A stretch of 64,000 nucleotides of DNA from Octopus vulgaris (GCA_951406725.2 OX597833.1:50592001-50656000), one strand, 5' to 3'; counted from the first letter of the stretch, positions 28,521-43,644 are shown. Notes: a model not told the origin generated them from the letters alone. Numbers and translations are program-made.

Positions 28521-29984
28521 ACAGCTAATACTTAGTAGCAAAATTGATCTGACATAAATATACTGTACTATAACGATATAGAGGTGGCTTCTGTCACTAC
28601 ATGTGCAATCGCTTTATATTTTCTTTGTTTAAAATAGAATTATTTAAATTTTCAAAGAATTTTTTCTTGTAATTAGTTTTCAGAGGTATTTAGCCATTTT
28701 TATATTAAATCCAGTTTGCAGCATCTTTTTGTTTTTCTATCTAAATGCCTAATAAATGGTTAAATAGTGCTTTACACATATTGTAAAGCGGTGATCAGAG
28801 GGGGTAATAGAGTATCGCTTGGACTCAGGCCTAGACTGGATCCGTCTAGTGTATATGTGTATGTTGGAATATATCTCGAAGCACACACGTAAAGCTGATA
28901 ACAACAGAATGTAGATATTGAGTTGAAAATCCCTCTTGGGTAGAAAAAGTAGGCGGCTGTCTTTCTATTGGAAAGGTGTTTCAACTCAGTATTTACACGT
29001 ATTTGCTTATAGCTTTATGTGTGTGCTTCGAAATATACTATTCCAAAATCAAATATGTTATGCTCTCTCAGAAGTTGAGAAAATTCTTGTGACGTCAACT
29101 GTATATGTTTGTGTGTACTTAAGTATGTATGTATGTGTGTATTTATGTGTGGTGTGTATGTATGTGTGTACGTGTAAGTACGGGTGTGTGAGTGTGTTTT
29201 CTGAAGGACTGAGAAGAATTCTGTGGTTCTAATACTTTATTACATTCATGATTGCAGAATGAATTCTTTGTAAAAAGCGATGGCGTTTGTTTACATTTAA
29301 GGTATTTCTGTGCCGAAGAAAGAATCAATATTTAATAAGATAAAAATGTAAAAAAAACATAGGGTGCTGAACAATGTATAAGGAATACCCCCGTAAGATG
29401 TCAACCCGGGGAGAAGGAAAGTAAATTAAACAGATGATTTAGAAAGATCGCAAATGAAAAGATAGGGGATGCAGACAAGTTACAAGAAGCGATGATGAAA
29501 TAAAATATATGTTAACGCACGGAGCGCACGGAGATGTAAAAAGACTTAAACCGTATATGTGGTTATCAAACATAGCCACAACAAACTAATTCATTTGGAA
29601 AATATAAATAAGCGTAAAGAGAGCGGAACGGAGAAAATATAAACATTGAGTTTGACAAAGAAGTCAGTAAAGTTTCAGAACATGAGAGTTTGAGTAAATG
29701 AGGAAATGATTTTGAAGTATATTCTGCCAGTTTAATAATAATAAGTATGGAGATGTAATTATTAAACATGGCTCCCGCTGAACCACAAGCAACGCTGTAA
29801 CCAATGAGAAAGCTTTATTTAGGCTTGCGATATGGTTCAGGCATTTTTAGCTGTATTCTCTATTTAACGTGAGCTTAAATGTAATTTGTTGGATATTATT
29901 AGAGATGAAGGGAAAAAAATAAAACAAAATGGAAAGAAAAATGAACTATAAATGAAACACAAATAAAAATCAATTATGTGAAAG

Positions 29985-30365
<381 letters not shown>

Positions 30366-30932
30366 TGCAAAAAATATAATAAAGTGAAGGGTGTTGCTGA
30401 AGCTTTGGTTTATATTTGTTGACCGGTCATTGAGCAAGAAGTAGTGAATGCCGAAATTGTTGAAATTTATCTTTGTAGACGATGTGTGTAACTAGCTCAT
30501 TGATTGACGTCTAATGAATTAACCAGCCAAAGAGATGATGTGTCAGAATCTCAACTTTACACCGTATTGAAAAGTTAGATTATCAGAAAGGAAAGAAAGA
30601 GTAGCATTGAACTAAACAAAGGGTAAAGGAATTAAATAAATGGACATGTGTGGATTCGCTTCGGTAATACCGGATATACAATCTGAGATCCCTTTCCAGT
30701 GACTACATAGCGTTAAAATTGCTTGAGAAGTATTAAATATAAGCCAATAGGTACTAAACATAACCGTAAACATATAGCGCCTTAAATTAAAATACGGGAT
30801 GTATCAAATTATTTTACTTTTTTTCCCTGCTATTTGTTTTTTTTATTTTCTTTTTCGCAATTTATTGAGAAATTCGGTATATGCATTTAAATTGTAAACA
30901 TGGGGAATTTTGAAGGAGATTGTAAAAAATTT

Positions 30933-31376
30933 GGATCTTTTCAGTTTGAACGGCAGTTTTTAATATAATTTCTAGGTAACTAAAAAATTTTAAACTTCGT
31001 ATACTGGTAGAATGTGTTTATAAAACATCTTTTTCTCTTGGCTTTATTGAGAAAATTCTGTAGTTTGTAAGATATTTGTTGTTTCTTTTCTTCAATTCCT
31101 TCAATTTCAACCAATCAATTACGTCCATTGAGGTAAAAAACATTCTGTGCCGTATGAATATGTCCCTCGTTTAAGAAACAGATTGTGTTTATTTAAATTT
31201 GTGAAGAAAAAAAGATACCCTTTCCCCCACCCCTAACCCTAACCCTAACTAACCCTAACTAACCCTAACCCTAAAACAAATTAAAATGCAATAGATCGAT
31301 ACTAGGTTCATAATTATGGGTGACAATTTCATATGACACCGCTAGAAAAAAACTGCCGTTCAAACCGAAAAGATCC
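30933..31376. mobile_element. MITE related to 5016-5978, with internal (CCCTAA)n
   Basis: TIRs ggatcttttcagtttgaacggcagttttt / aaaaaactgccgttcaaaccgaaaagatcc. Shares aaacttcgtatactggtagaatgt and ttcaaccaatca with the 5-kb element. CCCTAA repeats at about 31231-31274. Confidence 0.8.
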
Positions 31377-32071
31377 AAAAATCGTATTAATTTTGCGGTA
31401 ATTCATTCAAAAGAAATATACAGAAATACGCCCGATTACTGCGGATGATGTACATTGAAATGAGTTCGCAGTATACGAAAATAGACATACACGGAATATC
31501 TATATCTAGACATAATGTCAAATTTTCTGGGTCGCATTACAGAAAAAGAAAAGACCGCAGGAAAATCGTCATGAACGAAGAATAAATAATTGACTTTCTC
31601 AGAGATTTTATATCATATGTTTTTTTTATTGACTTACATCAGCAGAAGCAATATATAATTGCATGATTTTACAGAGAGTCATTTTTAAATATTATAAAAT
31701 GAATGTTAATTCCGATTAATATATATTTTCAACTAGTCATTTCTGACTTGCAATGTCATCTCTGCATTGAAATCTGCATTTGTTTCCATCTCCGGTTATT
31801 TGTAAAATTCTAACGATATTATCGAGTTCTTTACGTATCTTGTACTCTGCCTTGTACCTCAGTTTCCGCACACTCATGTTCCTCGTCTTAATTCTAACGG
31901 TGTTCATTAATGAACCCCACATTATATGATTCAGGAAGTTCGCTGACATTACTGCCGTTTATTTGGTATATTCAGAGGAGTCAAACAAATTGAGTAATTT
32001 CTGGGTTGAAATTTAAGCACCAGGTTATAGTCCTTGTTTTAGAGTACCGTAGAGATTACTATATTTTACAA

Positions 32072-32556
32072 TATAGTAAGGTCATCTGGTCATCAAATCT
32101 AAGTAGAGACTTCAAACTTGAAATCTTCAAAGCCACAGTCGAACCAATTCTACTATATGGTTCAGAAACCTGGACGTTATCAAAGAAGCTTGAGAGGTGG
32201 TTGGATGGAACCTACACTCGCCTCCTTATGAGAGCTCAAAATCTCTTGTGGAAGCGTCATCCAACCAAAATGCAAATATATGGGAAACTACCACCTGTGT
32301 CATCTCTTGTGAAAGGTACGAGAGTCCAGTTTGCTGGACATTGGTGTAGAGCTGAAAACGAGGCAAGTTCTACTCTTCTCCCCTGGAAGCCATCTGATCG
32401 CAATACCAGATGGCGCACACTCTCCTACCCTGATGTAATCTCCAGGGATACAGGCATCCAACAACAGGACCTCCGCAATGCTATGATGGACAGTGAAGTC
32501 TGGCGTAGCATTGTAAATTCCATTGTCTCGACTACGGTCGAACAATGATGATGATG
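32072..32556 (+). mobile_element. 5'-truncated RTE-clade LINE (ORF C-terminus)
   Basis: IFKATVEPILLYGSETWTL...VQFAGH...; (TGA)n tail; 11-bp TSD atattttacaa at 32061-32071 and 32557-32567. Confidence 0.85.
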
Positions 32557-32649
32557 ATATTTTACAAACTTTTACAGACTGACTGTAAGTGTCTGACTTT
32601 CCTATGCGTACTGAAGCTGGAGGAAGGACAAACACCTGTGGTTATTGCA

Positions 32650-33000
32650 GGCTTTCGAAGAGTGGTGAGATTAACATTCATTTTAAAATGCTGCAGGCCA
32701 ACAGCTGAAGGAAAGACATCAGTGGGGAGAAGATTCCAGAAGGCAAATGATCCGAAAATAAGAGTTTGTGTTCATTGGTAAGAGCGAAGAATTCCGTGCA
32801 GGGTGTCCTAGATGTACCAGGTTTGAAGAAACGTATATACGTGGGTGGTTCGGGAGCTTGAGTGGCTGCGGTAGGAGACCAGTCCGCCCCTATGACATGT
32901 AGGAAAGTAACGATAGGAAAGACGCAAAAAAGAGAACATACCCGTGGGCCAGAAACAGGAATCTGCGCGTTAAGAATCAAATGCCAATCAACTTAATGAA
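32650..33000 (-). mobile_element. Degraded CR1/L2/Jockey-type LINE 3' fragment
   Basis: Minus-strand translation FWNLLPTDVFPSAVGLQHFKMNVN fits the WNxLP...FK C-terminal motif of these LINE ORFs. Confidence 0.5.
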
Positions 33001-33351
33001 TGCTATTTGAATAAGGTCCAATATCTCAGATTTCATAGCAACAGTAGTGTCAGAGAAATAAGGCGCTGTACTAAAGTGTGAGCTTTCCTCTGAGACATGT
33101 CGATTGTCGATAGTTGTTGGGGGCTGACATAACTTTTGATTTTATAGAAGGAATAACTCTTGAAATACGCTACTAGAATACAAAAGTGTTATTGATTGGA
33201 AAAATATTCGATGATAGGGAAGCTCTGCGTTTTAAGAAATTGTGAGGTGTCTAACAACACTATTAGGATCCTTCTTTTTCTCTCATAGTATCTCTGTACA
33301 CACACATTCTCTCTCTCTCTCACTCACATAATTTTATACAGATAGAGAAAT

Positions 33352-33389
<38 letters not shown>

Positions 33390-33470
33390 TCAGACAGATA
33401 GATAGGTAGGTAAGTAGGTAGGTAGCTATCTACAGGTAGATAAATAGAATTATAGACATATAGGTAGATG

Positions 33471-33532
<62 letters not shown>

Positions 33533-34134
33533 CATATAGGTAGAGAGATAGATAGATAGATAAACAGGTAGATAGATAGATAGACGAATAGATAGACAAG
33601 CAGATAGATAGACTGATAGAACGATAGATAGATTGACATGACATAATTTGAAAGATCTTTGATGTAACTGTGTTGTAGTTGCAAGGTTCACTTTGTCAAT
33701 CAGTAATAGCATGCACAATGATCCTGGTTCAAATCCATATTATTACATATTTGAGGTATGTGTCATTTATCAAAATCTTCTCAAAATACAAATGGATCGT
33801 CCTTCTTGATCCTTAGTACCTTAAGCCCGCTTTTCCGGATACTGTGGTGTATATGTATTTCTATGTAACCTGGACAAGTCGTTCTAGGACTGCTCAATTA
33901 TGTCAGATAAGTGTATTGGAGGAAGTATTTTGCGCATGGATGCAACATAGCCCGTCCAGGAATCGAAACAGCAATCTTCCAATCAAAAGTGCAAAATATC
34001 AATCGTTAAGCCAAGTTCCGCTACCAAATTCTTTTATCACACATGTATGCCATTATCAATGGTTTCTCCTGCAGCTGACTTCCTGATATAACGTCCGGTA
34101 TTTATATTTATTTAAGAATATATGTCCTTGCATT

Positions 34135-34319
34135 GATATGTGCGTATATTTATCAATGTATATACATGTATATACTGTGTATATATATATATTATAAATA
34201 TATATATGTATATATTATATATATATGTATATGTGTATATATATACGTATGTATATATATGCATATATATATGTGTATACGTATGTATATATATATATAT
34301 ATATATGTATATGGATATC

Positions 34320-34359
<40 letters not shown>

Positions 34360-34457
34360 TTTATATGTATATATGTATGTATATGTATATATATGTATAT
34401 ATATGTATATGTATATGTATATATATATTTATATGTATACATATGTATATGTATATT

Positions 34458-34488
<31 letters not shown>

Positions 34489-34559
34489 AAATATATGTAT
34501 ACATATGTTTATATATATATGTACATATATATATACATATAGATATATACATATGCATA

Positions 34560-34620
<61 letters not shown>

Positions 34621-34665
34621 GCATATATATGTACATATATATATGTATATCAACATACATATACA
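34135..34665. repeat. Long degenerate (TA)n/(TATG)n tract
   Basis: Direct inspection. Confidence 0.95.
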
Positions 34666-34875
34666 CAACCTCGCAACGGTATCAATCTGTGTACAGTGAT
34701 TAAGTAACAACGATCGTAGATATTTGCTATTAAGAATTTCCATGGGCGTCGCTTGTGTACGGAAGTTGATATACGTGTGCAGCTGATGGAAATAGCAAGA
34801 CACATGATATAACGTATATGTGTACATGCATATATATCTGTATCTACGTCCATATCAATATGAATGTGTGTATGT

Positions 34876-34919
<44 letters not shown>

Positions 34920-34934
34920 TATACATATATATAT

Positions 34935-34994
<60 letters not shown>

Positions 34995-35804
34995 GATGCT
35001 ATCAGATGATTTAAGAAAATATTACATCTTGACTGATTTTGAGGAATACCAGGATGGGTGGCCGATCAGATCTTTTGCTAGCCAGATTAACATCAGTAAA
35101 TTTCTTTCTGGCCCCTCTCCATGGGTCTTTGTTTATTATATCTATATCATATATATTATACATGTGTTCGTGTGTGTTTATACACACACATTCGCACACA
35201 TACAGGCTTAAGAGTGAGGAGCGGATATTATATTTCCTTGCTGCCTCTGAGTTTACACATGCACGTACATGCGTACATAAATATCTATTATATAACAGTA
35301 ATTTAATAGATTCCTCCGTTTTTAGAAAACATTAGCAGAAATTCAAGTGACAGGTGTTGCCGCTGGATCCAAATTTATAGCTAAAACAATTCTCAATTTG
35401 TTGGTAAATATTTATCCACTGGCTGAACTTGGCTGGCATAAACAAAAGAGAGAGCTACTTTTTTTAATATATATATATATATAAATGATTAAGTAACGTT
35501 AAACATAATTTTAGTTTATTCATTGCTTGTTTGGTTTCAGACATCCATGCTGGAAAAATGCTTTCATAGACATATAAAGGCGTACGTCTCTGCTGCCTTT
35601 ACTCGTTCTGAGAGAAAATGTTTAAAGTATAAATGTTCTATAATTCACTTCAAAATATTTCAGATGTAAATCAAATAAGAGACATATGAAGCAGTTACGT
35701 TTTTAAAATGTTTTTCGTTTTGCGTCGATTTTCAAGACAAGTGTCAAGTGTTCTAGAATTAATAATTGACGTAAGTTAAGGTACGACTGGGCATGTCTGT
35801 AGTA

Positions 35805-35854
<50 letters not shown>

Positions 35855-35855
<1 letters not shown>

Positions 35856-35888
35856 TGATGACGGGTAGTTACCTAGAAACTCGTGTCC
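35855..35888 (+). ncRNA. Hammerhead-like motif truncated at its 5' side by (TA)n
   Basis: (t)TGATGA-cGGGTA gt TACCTa-GAAA-CTCGTGTC. Near-palindromic ACTCG(A/T)GT stem III and a GUC triplet. Confidence 0.5.
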
Positions 35889-36031
35889 GTGCGCATATAT
35901 ATTAAACCACGGTTTTACCTTTAAATTACCAACTACTGTATGTCTTATAGCTAGGACTATACATAGTGAGGTAATACACCATTAGTGCCTACGGGTACAT
36001 TTAGACAGTTGCATAACCTCTAACTCACATT

Positions 36032-36087
<56 letters not shown>

Positions 36088-36092
<5 letters not shown>

Positions 36093-36816
36093 TCGTGAAG
36101 TATATTCGACGCCTAAATATGGCTTTCCCATATAGGACGATGCTACTGTAGTTTATAGCCCTAGGAAGACATCTCCAGCTGGCTGTTGACACACTGTCTG
36201 TGCCCTATCAGTATTTGTAAAGGGAAATCATCGTTTACATCTCCAGGCTGATTACAAATAAATTCTATGCCCTGGTGTACAACGTAGAATTATAAATAGA
36301 TAGTTCGGTTAATCGGAGTAATTTAATTTAAAATTGTGATGTGATGTTGAATTATGCTCTGTGGTAAGTGGGATGGTTAGGGGAGGTAATAAGATGTTAG
36401 GCTGGTCAGCCAGTAACCTGTAATGTTGGTATTGGCGGTGTTTAGAAAAGAAGAATTTATCTTTATGCAGACATGTTCTATTTTTCTCGTCTCGTTCCTT
36501 AGTTAATTGTGATTTGGCCATTAACATGAAGAATTTCTCATTTATGCATAAATTACAGCGATTATTATTAAGGTTATATAAAGATGTTTTGGCTAGGATA
36601 CGCCATTCTAATCTATATGTTTTTGTCTTTCAGTTCCCAGATGTAGCTATTTAGTCCGGTAGAGTTTGCTTTACTTCTATTTCTGAAACCTGAGCGATGG
36701 GAATTATATCTAGGTTTCATTTCATTTTTAGTTGCTCCTATATAAGCATTCTTGTAATTATTTGCGAGTACATCACATTGGTAGATTGCGTCTTTCTCAG
36801 TCATTCCCAAACACAT
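36088..36816 (-). mobile_element. PLE 3' fragment: GIY-YIG endonuclease plus 3' region abutting (TA)n
   Basis: AIYQCDV...AYIGATKNEMKPRYNSHRSGFR...LNSYIWELK, then after a frameshift LEWRILAK...RCNLCINEK...CLHKDKF. Decayed hammerhead-like CTGATAG GGCACA gacag TGTGTC AACAGC at 36211-36182. Confidence 0.85.
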
Positions 36817-37219
36817 TCATTAGTGGATATATGTCTTGTTTGGAAGCCTTCATGTAATAATATATAGTATTCATCTCAGCACACAATAAACCGGTCGGCA
36901 GAATCTTTTAGCATCAGACGAATGACTCGATGTATTTCTTGTGGCTCTTCTTTGTTTTCGTTTCAAATTTCGCTAACACCATTTTGGGCTCACATCCTTC
37001 GGAAGTTGCTTAAATAGAGAACTGGTCAAGTGCTAGTCCTGATTTTCTCTCTCTCTCCCTCTCTCTTTGTCTCCCTCAGGATAATCTGTGCTGTGCGAAA
37101 AACGTGGGTATATGGATCATACAAGCTCCCATCGCTCCAAAGTCACAAATTTTTGTATTATCGCTAGGAAACAATCTGGTCCCAAGGTTTCTGGCAGAGT
37201 AAAACACAGGATAGATGTG

Positions 37220-37740
37220 ATGTTATTGATGATGATAATGATGATGATGAGAATGACGTTGTTGTTGTTGATAATGATGATGATGATAATAACGATGACG
37301 ATGAGAACGACAACGACGACGTTGCTGCTGCTGCTAATGAAAACGCTGACGATATTGATGCTGTCGCTACTGTTATTGGTGCAGCTGATGTTATGTATGA
37401 CCATATTGCTGTTGTAGTTGTGGTTGTTGTTGATATGATAGTGATGATGGTGGTGGTTATTACGATAATGGCGATAATGATGATGCTGTTGCTGCTGATA
37501 GGTCCTAGCCATTGTTGTTGATGAAGAGGAATCGTGATGGTGGTAGCTGTGGTGTTGATGTTCGTGTTGATGGTGCTGGTGCTGGTACTAATGATGATGA
37601 GGATGATGATGATGAAGACGATGATGATTTTTATAGCGGTGACGATGGTGATGGTCCTAATGATGATGAGGAGGATGATGAAGACGATGATGATTTTTAT
37701 AGCGGTGATAACGATGATGATGATGATGATGATGACGGTA
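37220..37740. repeat. Degenerate (GAT/GTT/GCT)n tract with an internal duplication of about 69 bp
   Basis: gatgatgaagacgatgatgatttttatagcggtga occurs twice (about 37610 and 37675). Confidence 0.85.
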
Positions 37741-38384
37741 TAAGTTTAAGTAATGTTAATCTCTTTCACAGTTAATCTCTAAATTTCTAATTCATTTTCA
37801 ATTCGCTTGTTTTTTGTGTGTGTGTGTGCCACGAAATATATAACGCAAGCATACATACATACAAACATATCTACAATCACATACGTACACACACACACTT
37901 AGGCACACAGACGGTACACATACACCTGTGCACACATACACGAACGTGAACACAAATACACTCATCTGAATGGACAAACAGACATACCTGTGAAAATATA
38001 CATTTACTTGGGGACACATATTCACACATGGACACATATACGTACATCTGACCATACACACACACTTCTGCGCATACAAAGACTCTCACAAAGAAGCGCA
38101 TGCTGCGTATTGATAGCAGCTTATATACTCTTATATCTATCAAATAATATTTTATAATATTTCCGTTATTATTATCCTTTTCCAGGCATATGTTACTTAT
38201 AAAATATATGCATGTGTATATGAAGGTATGAACGTATGTATGTACATGTATGTATGTGTGTGTTTGCGTTTGCGTGTGTACCTTTGTGTGTGCGTAAATA
38301 TATAAATATATATTACATGCATACTATAAACACTGTGTGTATGCTTATGCTCATTTACATGTATATACATATGCATTCTTTTAT

Positions 38385-38446
38385 GTTTCAGACCTAAGTC
38401 TGTGGCCATGCTGTGGCACCGCAAATGATATGCTTCTATATATAAT

Positions 38447-38487
<41 letters not shown>

Positions 38488-38880
38488 CATATATACGATG
38501 GGCTTCTTTCTGTTTCCGTCACCATTCCACTCACAAGGCTTTCATCGGCCCGAGTCTATTGTAGAAGACAACCGCACAAGGTGCCACGCAGTGGGACTGA
38601 ACGCGGAACCATGTAGCTGGAAAGCATGCTTATTACCACACTGCCACTCCCGCACCTATTGATATATATATATTCTTCTATTCTTTTACTTGTTTCAGTC
38701 ATTAAACTGTGGCCAAGCTGGGGGCACAGTCTTGAAGAACTTTTAGTCGAATGAATCGACAGCAATGCTTTGTATTGTTTTAAGCCTGGTACTTATTCAA
38801 CCGGGCTTTTGCCGAACCGTTAAGTTACAAGGACGTAAACACACTAACGCCGGTTGTCAAATGGTGGGTGGAGACAAACA
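38385..38880 (-). mobile_element. Adjacent diverged family A SINE pieces
   Basis: Reverse-complement head at about 38500-38655 and 3' half at about 38680-38880. Confidence 0.75.
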
Positions 38881-38909
38881 CACAAACATGCACAAATACA
38901 CGCACACTT

Positions 38910-38965
38910 ATATACACTGATGTACGTATATATATATGTATTATATGTATATAATACATTATACA

Positions 38966-39007
<42 letters not shown>

Positions 39008-39361
39008 TGTGTGTCTATGTGTGTAGGTGCAGGAGAGTTGCTGTGTGACAAGAACCTTGATTCCCAACCACATTCTGGGTTCAGTCCCACTGCGTGGCAA
39101 TTTAGGCAAGTGTCTTCTACTATAGCCTCGGGCCGACCAAAACCTTGTGAGTGGACTTGATAGACGGAAACAGAAATAAGCCCGTTGTGAATATATATTC
39201 TATAGTAGAATACACTTGCCTAAGATGCCACGCAGAGGCACTAAACCCAGAATGTGGTTGAGAAGCAAACTTCTTGTCACAAAGCAAATCCAGCACCTAC
39301 ACACACATACACACACACTATATATATATATAAAACGTATTATATATATGTATATATAATG

Positions 39362-39402
<41 letters not shown>

Positions 39403-39470
39403 TGTATAATGTATTATATATATGTATGTATAATGCATTATATACATATATACTTATACACACACACACA
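38910..39470. repeat. Local inverted duplication of a family A SINE head plus flanking microsatellite
   Basis: 39025-39125 (+) and 39200-39300 (-) share private variants (gtgacaag, accacattctgggtt, taggcaag). The flank ataatacattatacatgcatata is also mirrored. Confidence 0.75.
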
Positions 39471-39683
39471 TATATATATATGTATCTTAATCATCAAAAT
39501 TTTATATGCGTATACTTATACACACATACCATAGATACACGTGTATAATCTTAGAGACAGAACCGTCAGCGTGTTTACATATTATTCATATGTATTTACG
39601 CACACATGTCCACACATACATAAACTTTCATATATATAATTTCAGAACTCAGATCCAATGGCGTATTGACACACACACACACA

Positions 39684-39728
<45 letters not shown>

Positions 39729-41631
39729 ATACAAGCACACGCACGCACGCGCGCACACACACATATACACGTCTGTGTCTATAGACATCTACATGTACAT
39801 CCATATACTCACACGCGCACATTTACTTCAAGCCATCTCTTTCTCTCATTGTCACACACATAAATATCTTCTTGAGAATCCACGTTTCAGTATCTATGTT
39901 TATAATCTCCACACATGCATGCAATTATCCTACAGAACCATAAATGGAAAAGAGAGCTCAATTACTCACATATTTCAATCGATGATATAGTCTGCCATTG
40001 TGATTCACAGCTACATCCGGTCAGTAGATTACACTTCCTCTTCAAACCAACCTTTATCTTACCAAATAACCCCACCGCTTTCTTTCCTGTTGTATTCCCT
40101 TGATATTGCCTGAAGACCCTGCAGTTGCACACTTCAGTTCTAATGCTAGCTCGCTGCTAAACTTTCTCTGACCTTTCATTGGACGGCCAACGTTAATGCA
40201 CAGCCTCTATATTTCACTAATGCAACGTTAGTTCAAGCGCTATAAGAGGCACGTTTCGAAATAGCAAGAGCTACAACAACAACAACAACAATAACAGCAA
40301 AAACAACAACAACAACAACAACAACACTAAGAACAGCTACAGCAACAGCACAAAGTAATTCTCATAGCAATAAAACAGGATCTCTTAAAAGAGACGATCA
40401 GCAACAACAAATGTATTAACATCATGGGTAATTAATTGGTAACATTAAACGTAAAAAAAAAATAAAATAAAATAACAGTTTCAAATTTTGGCAGACGACC
40501 AGGAATTTTAGAGGAAGAAGGTTATTCGATTACATTGACCCCTGTCCTTAAATCATACTTACTGAACGACTCAGAAACGATAAAAGGCAAAGTCGAACTC
40601 GGCAGCATTTGAAATCAAAACGGAAAGCTATAGAAATGTCGCAAAACCTTTCAGCGACTCTGTAACGTTTCCGCCATCTCACCTTATTACCATTGAGGTT
40701 GCGAGCTGGTTGAATCTTATATACCCCAGGAAAAGTGCTTAGCAAGTATTTCGTCCGTTTTAATGTTCTGTGTTCAAATTTCGCCAAGGTCTTTTCTGCT
40801 TTCGGGTTCATAAAAACATAGAATCGACTTCGCTCCTCTCCCGAAATTGCTGGGCTTGTAGCCAAACTTAAAATGATTATATTCATTGTAGCTATTGATA
40901 AATAGGAGCAACGCCAGGCACAGCTATTGGCTTTGCATAAGAGACAAACGCCTTTTTACAAATGAGTTTAATGAAAACTATTGTCGGAATAAGCAACGTA
41001 AAGTATAAAAAAGACAGGTTTACAACGAACCGAGACCGTGTTACCGTTTCGTTTCACATTTGAAAACATCCTTTTTAATTGAAGCGGTTAAACACTTGAG
41101 AAATACATGTGTGTCACAAACATCCATTTCCTTGCAATTATAAAATGTTGGACCTTAATGCGTATCAAGAGAAACCAATGAAAGTATTATATATCACGTT
41201 GATATAAAACAGCTGAAGTAAAGCTGCTTAAAAGAAGCAAAGCTTATATATAGAAAATATAGAACAATTAATCAACATTTGAGTGGTGTAAGTGGAAATA
41301 ATATTCAAGAAACGTTAGCCCACACAATGTGAGAACGAGGAACGTTCTGCTTTCTCTTTACTTGTATGTGTGTTTGTATATGTGTCTGCTTGTGTATGTG
41401 TATTTGCTTGTATGTGAGTCTGCGTATGTCTTAGTGAGTTTAACTCTGTGTTTGTGCGTATCTCTATCTAGAAATGGAGCTACACATGCTAACACGTATG
41501 TAAGTATGTATGTATCTATGTGTATATTTGTATGTATGTATGTATGTATGTATGTATGTATGTATGTATGTATGTATGTATGTATGTATGTATGTGTGTG
41601 TGTATATGTGTGTATGATTGTACATATATAG

Positions 41632-41683
<52 letters not shown>

Positions 41684-41911
41684 TTGTCTGTCCGTATGTA
41701 TGTATGTAGTATGTATGTATGTATGTATGTATGTATGTATGTATGTCTATGTAATATGCATACATGTGAATTCGTAAAGAGAGAATGTGAGGAGGAGAAA
41801 TTTTGTGATGATTAAAAGAGAGTGAGATATTAAGAAAGACAGTAGAGGTTCATAAAGACAAAGCGATAATGCTATATACGCATATACACAGTCATAACTC
41901 TCTTTCTCTCG

Positions 41912-41952
<41 letters not shown>

Positions 41953-42029
41953 GAGAGAGATAGATAGAGAGAGAGAGAGAGAGAGAGGGGACTAGATAGC
42001 TAAATAGACTGATGGATAACTAGATAGCC

Positions 42030-42081
<52 letters not shown>

Positions 42082-42082
<1 letters not shown>

Positions 42083-43361
42083 TGTTTCTTTATTAGCCAC
42101 ACAGGGCTGCACACAGATAGAACAAATTACAAGGTAGAGCTTTTCTTTTGAATGTTTAAAAAAAAAAAAAAAAAAGTAAGGGGGAGTTTCGATCAAAAGG
42201 GATCGTAAAAGGAGAGAAGGAGGACAAAAAAAGGGGGTTAAAAAAAGGGGGAGAGGAAAAAAAAAAAAAAAAAATTGATCAATAGGGATCGTTATCACAG
42301 AAATGTCAATATGAAGTGTAAAGGGGAGGACAGGTGAGGTTTACCCGTGGAAAGAAAAGCCTACGGAAAAGACCACGGTAACCTCGGTCAATGAAGTCAC
42401 ATTTTATATTTCTTTTTTTTTTTTTTTTTTTTTTGCAAATAAGCAACTCTCTGTTTTCGATTTCTGGGTTCATAGGACTATGCTCAAGGTGGCTTCGTCA
42501 TTCATACGTGCCATTCTTGCTACATTCACCCATCTTTTTTTAAAACATTCGCTAGACAAAACTTGCCTCTCTACTCTCACTTTCCTTTTCAAGTGGTACT
42601 TGAAGAAGTTGATGAGAGATTGACCAGAGAGGAAAGTGTTTGTCTCCAATCCTTTCAGACGCGTCCACCAGATACATTCTTTCGCCATAGCCACAAGGAT
42701 GATGAAAATAGCTCTTCCTTCCCGTTTGAAGGAAGGAGGCGTGACAATATTGACGATAGACTCAGCTGATAAACCGACTCGTCCCACACGTGACAGCAGT
42801 TGTTCGACATAAGCCCACAGGTCGGAAATTGTTGGACACTGAACGAGTGCGTGCAGAACGGTTTCGTCGCTCTGACCGCATCTCGGGCAGGTCGGCCCCG
42901 TGTTTCTCGAGCCGTGTCTGTAGAGCTTATCCCGAACGGGTAGCGCTTCTCGGTAGCACTGCCAGGCCAGGGATCTCTGGAAGTTGTCCATGGGCCCTGG
43001 CCCGAAAGTCGTCCTGAACAGGCGGGTCAGGTACTCCTCGTCGACGTCCAGGTTCGCCCCGAGCTCGTCGTCGTACCTCCTCCACTAAACCCCTATAGAA
43101 TGCTTTGGTTGTGTTGAAGTCACTTAAGGTCGACCCAGGACGGCAGAGTTGCTTGAGAGCAACGCGACACTCGCGGTGCCATTCGCCCTTCCTCGGCCTC
43201 TTTTTGATCCACGACTGCAGTTCGGTCATGGAGACGAGCTGCGGGAAAGCGTGCCTCACAAACGGCGACCACACCTGTTCACCGTCGTCTACATAGAGCC
43301 AGAGATGTCGCAGTCTCAGCGCGTGTCTGCGCATCATCAACCACGGCATGCCCAGCCCTCC
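42082..43361 (-). mobile_element. 5'-truncated L1/Tx1-clade LINE (ORF2 C-terminus and 3' UTR) within (GATA)n
   Basis: GGLGMP...WQCYREALPVRDKL...CPRCGQSDETVLHALVQC (CCHC knuckle). AATAAA lies just before the 3' junction. (GATA)n on both sides. Confidence 0.85.
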
Positions 43362-43644
43362 AGATAGATAGATAGATAGATAGATAGACAGATAGATAGT
43401 TGGATAGACAGATAGACAGACACAGACAGATAGATGGATAGACAGAGAGACAGACAAATAGACATAGACAGATATATAGATGGCAAGATAGACAGCCAGA
43501 CAGATAGATAGATAGATAGATAGACAGACAGTTAGATGGATAGATAGACAGTTAGATGGAAAGATAGACAGACAGATCAGTAGATGGATACATAGACAGA
43601 CAGACAGATAGATAGATGGCTAGATAGTTAGACAGGCAGGCAGA

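Noticed and set aside
31231-31274. Telomere or chromosome-fusion relic
   Set aside because: Short and enclosed within MITE TIRs.
37040-37205. Polypyrimidine tract plus CAG, a possible splice acceptor and exon
   Set aside because: The pyrimidine tract is a CT microsatellite, the downstream frames resemble no protein I recognise, and there is no good donor site.
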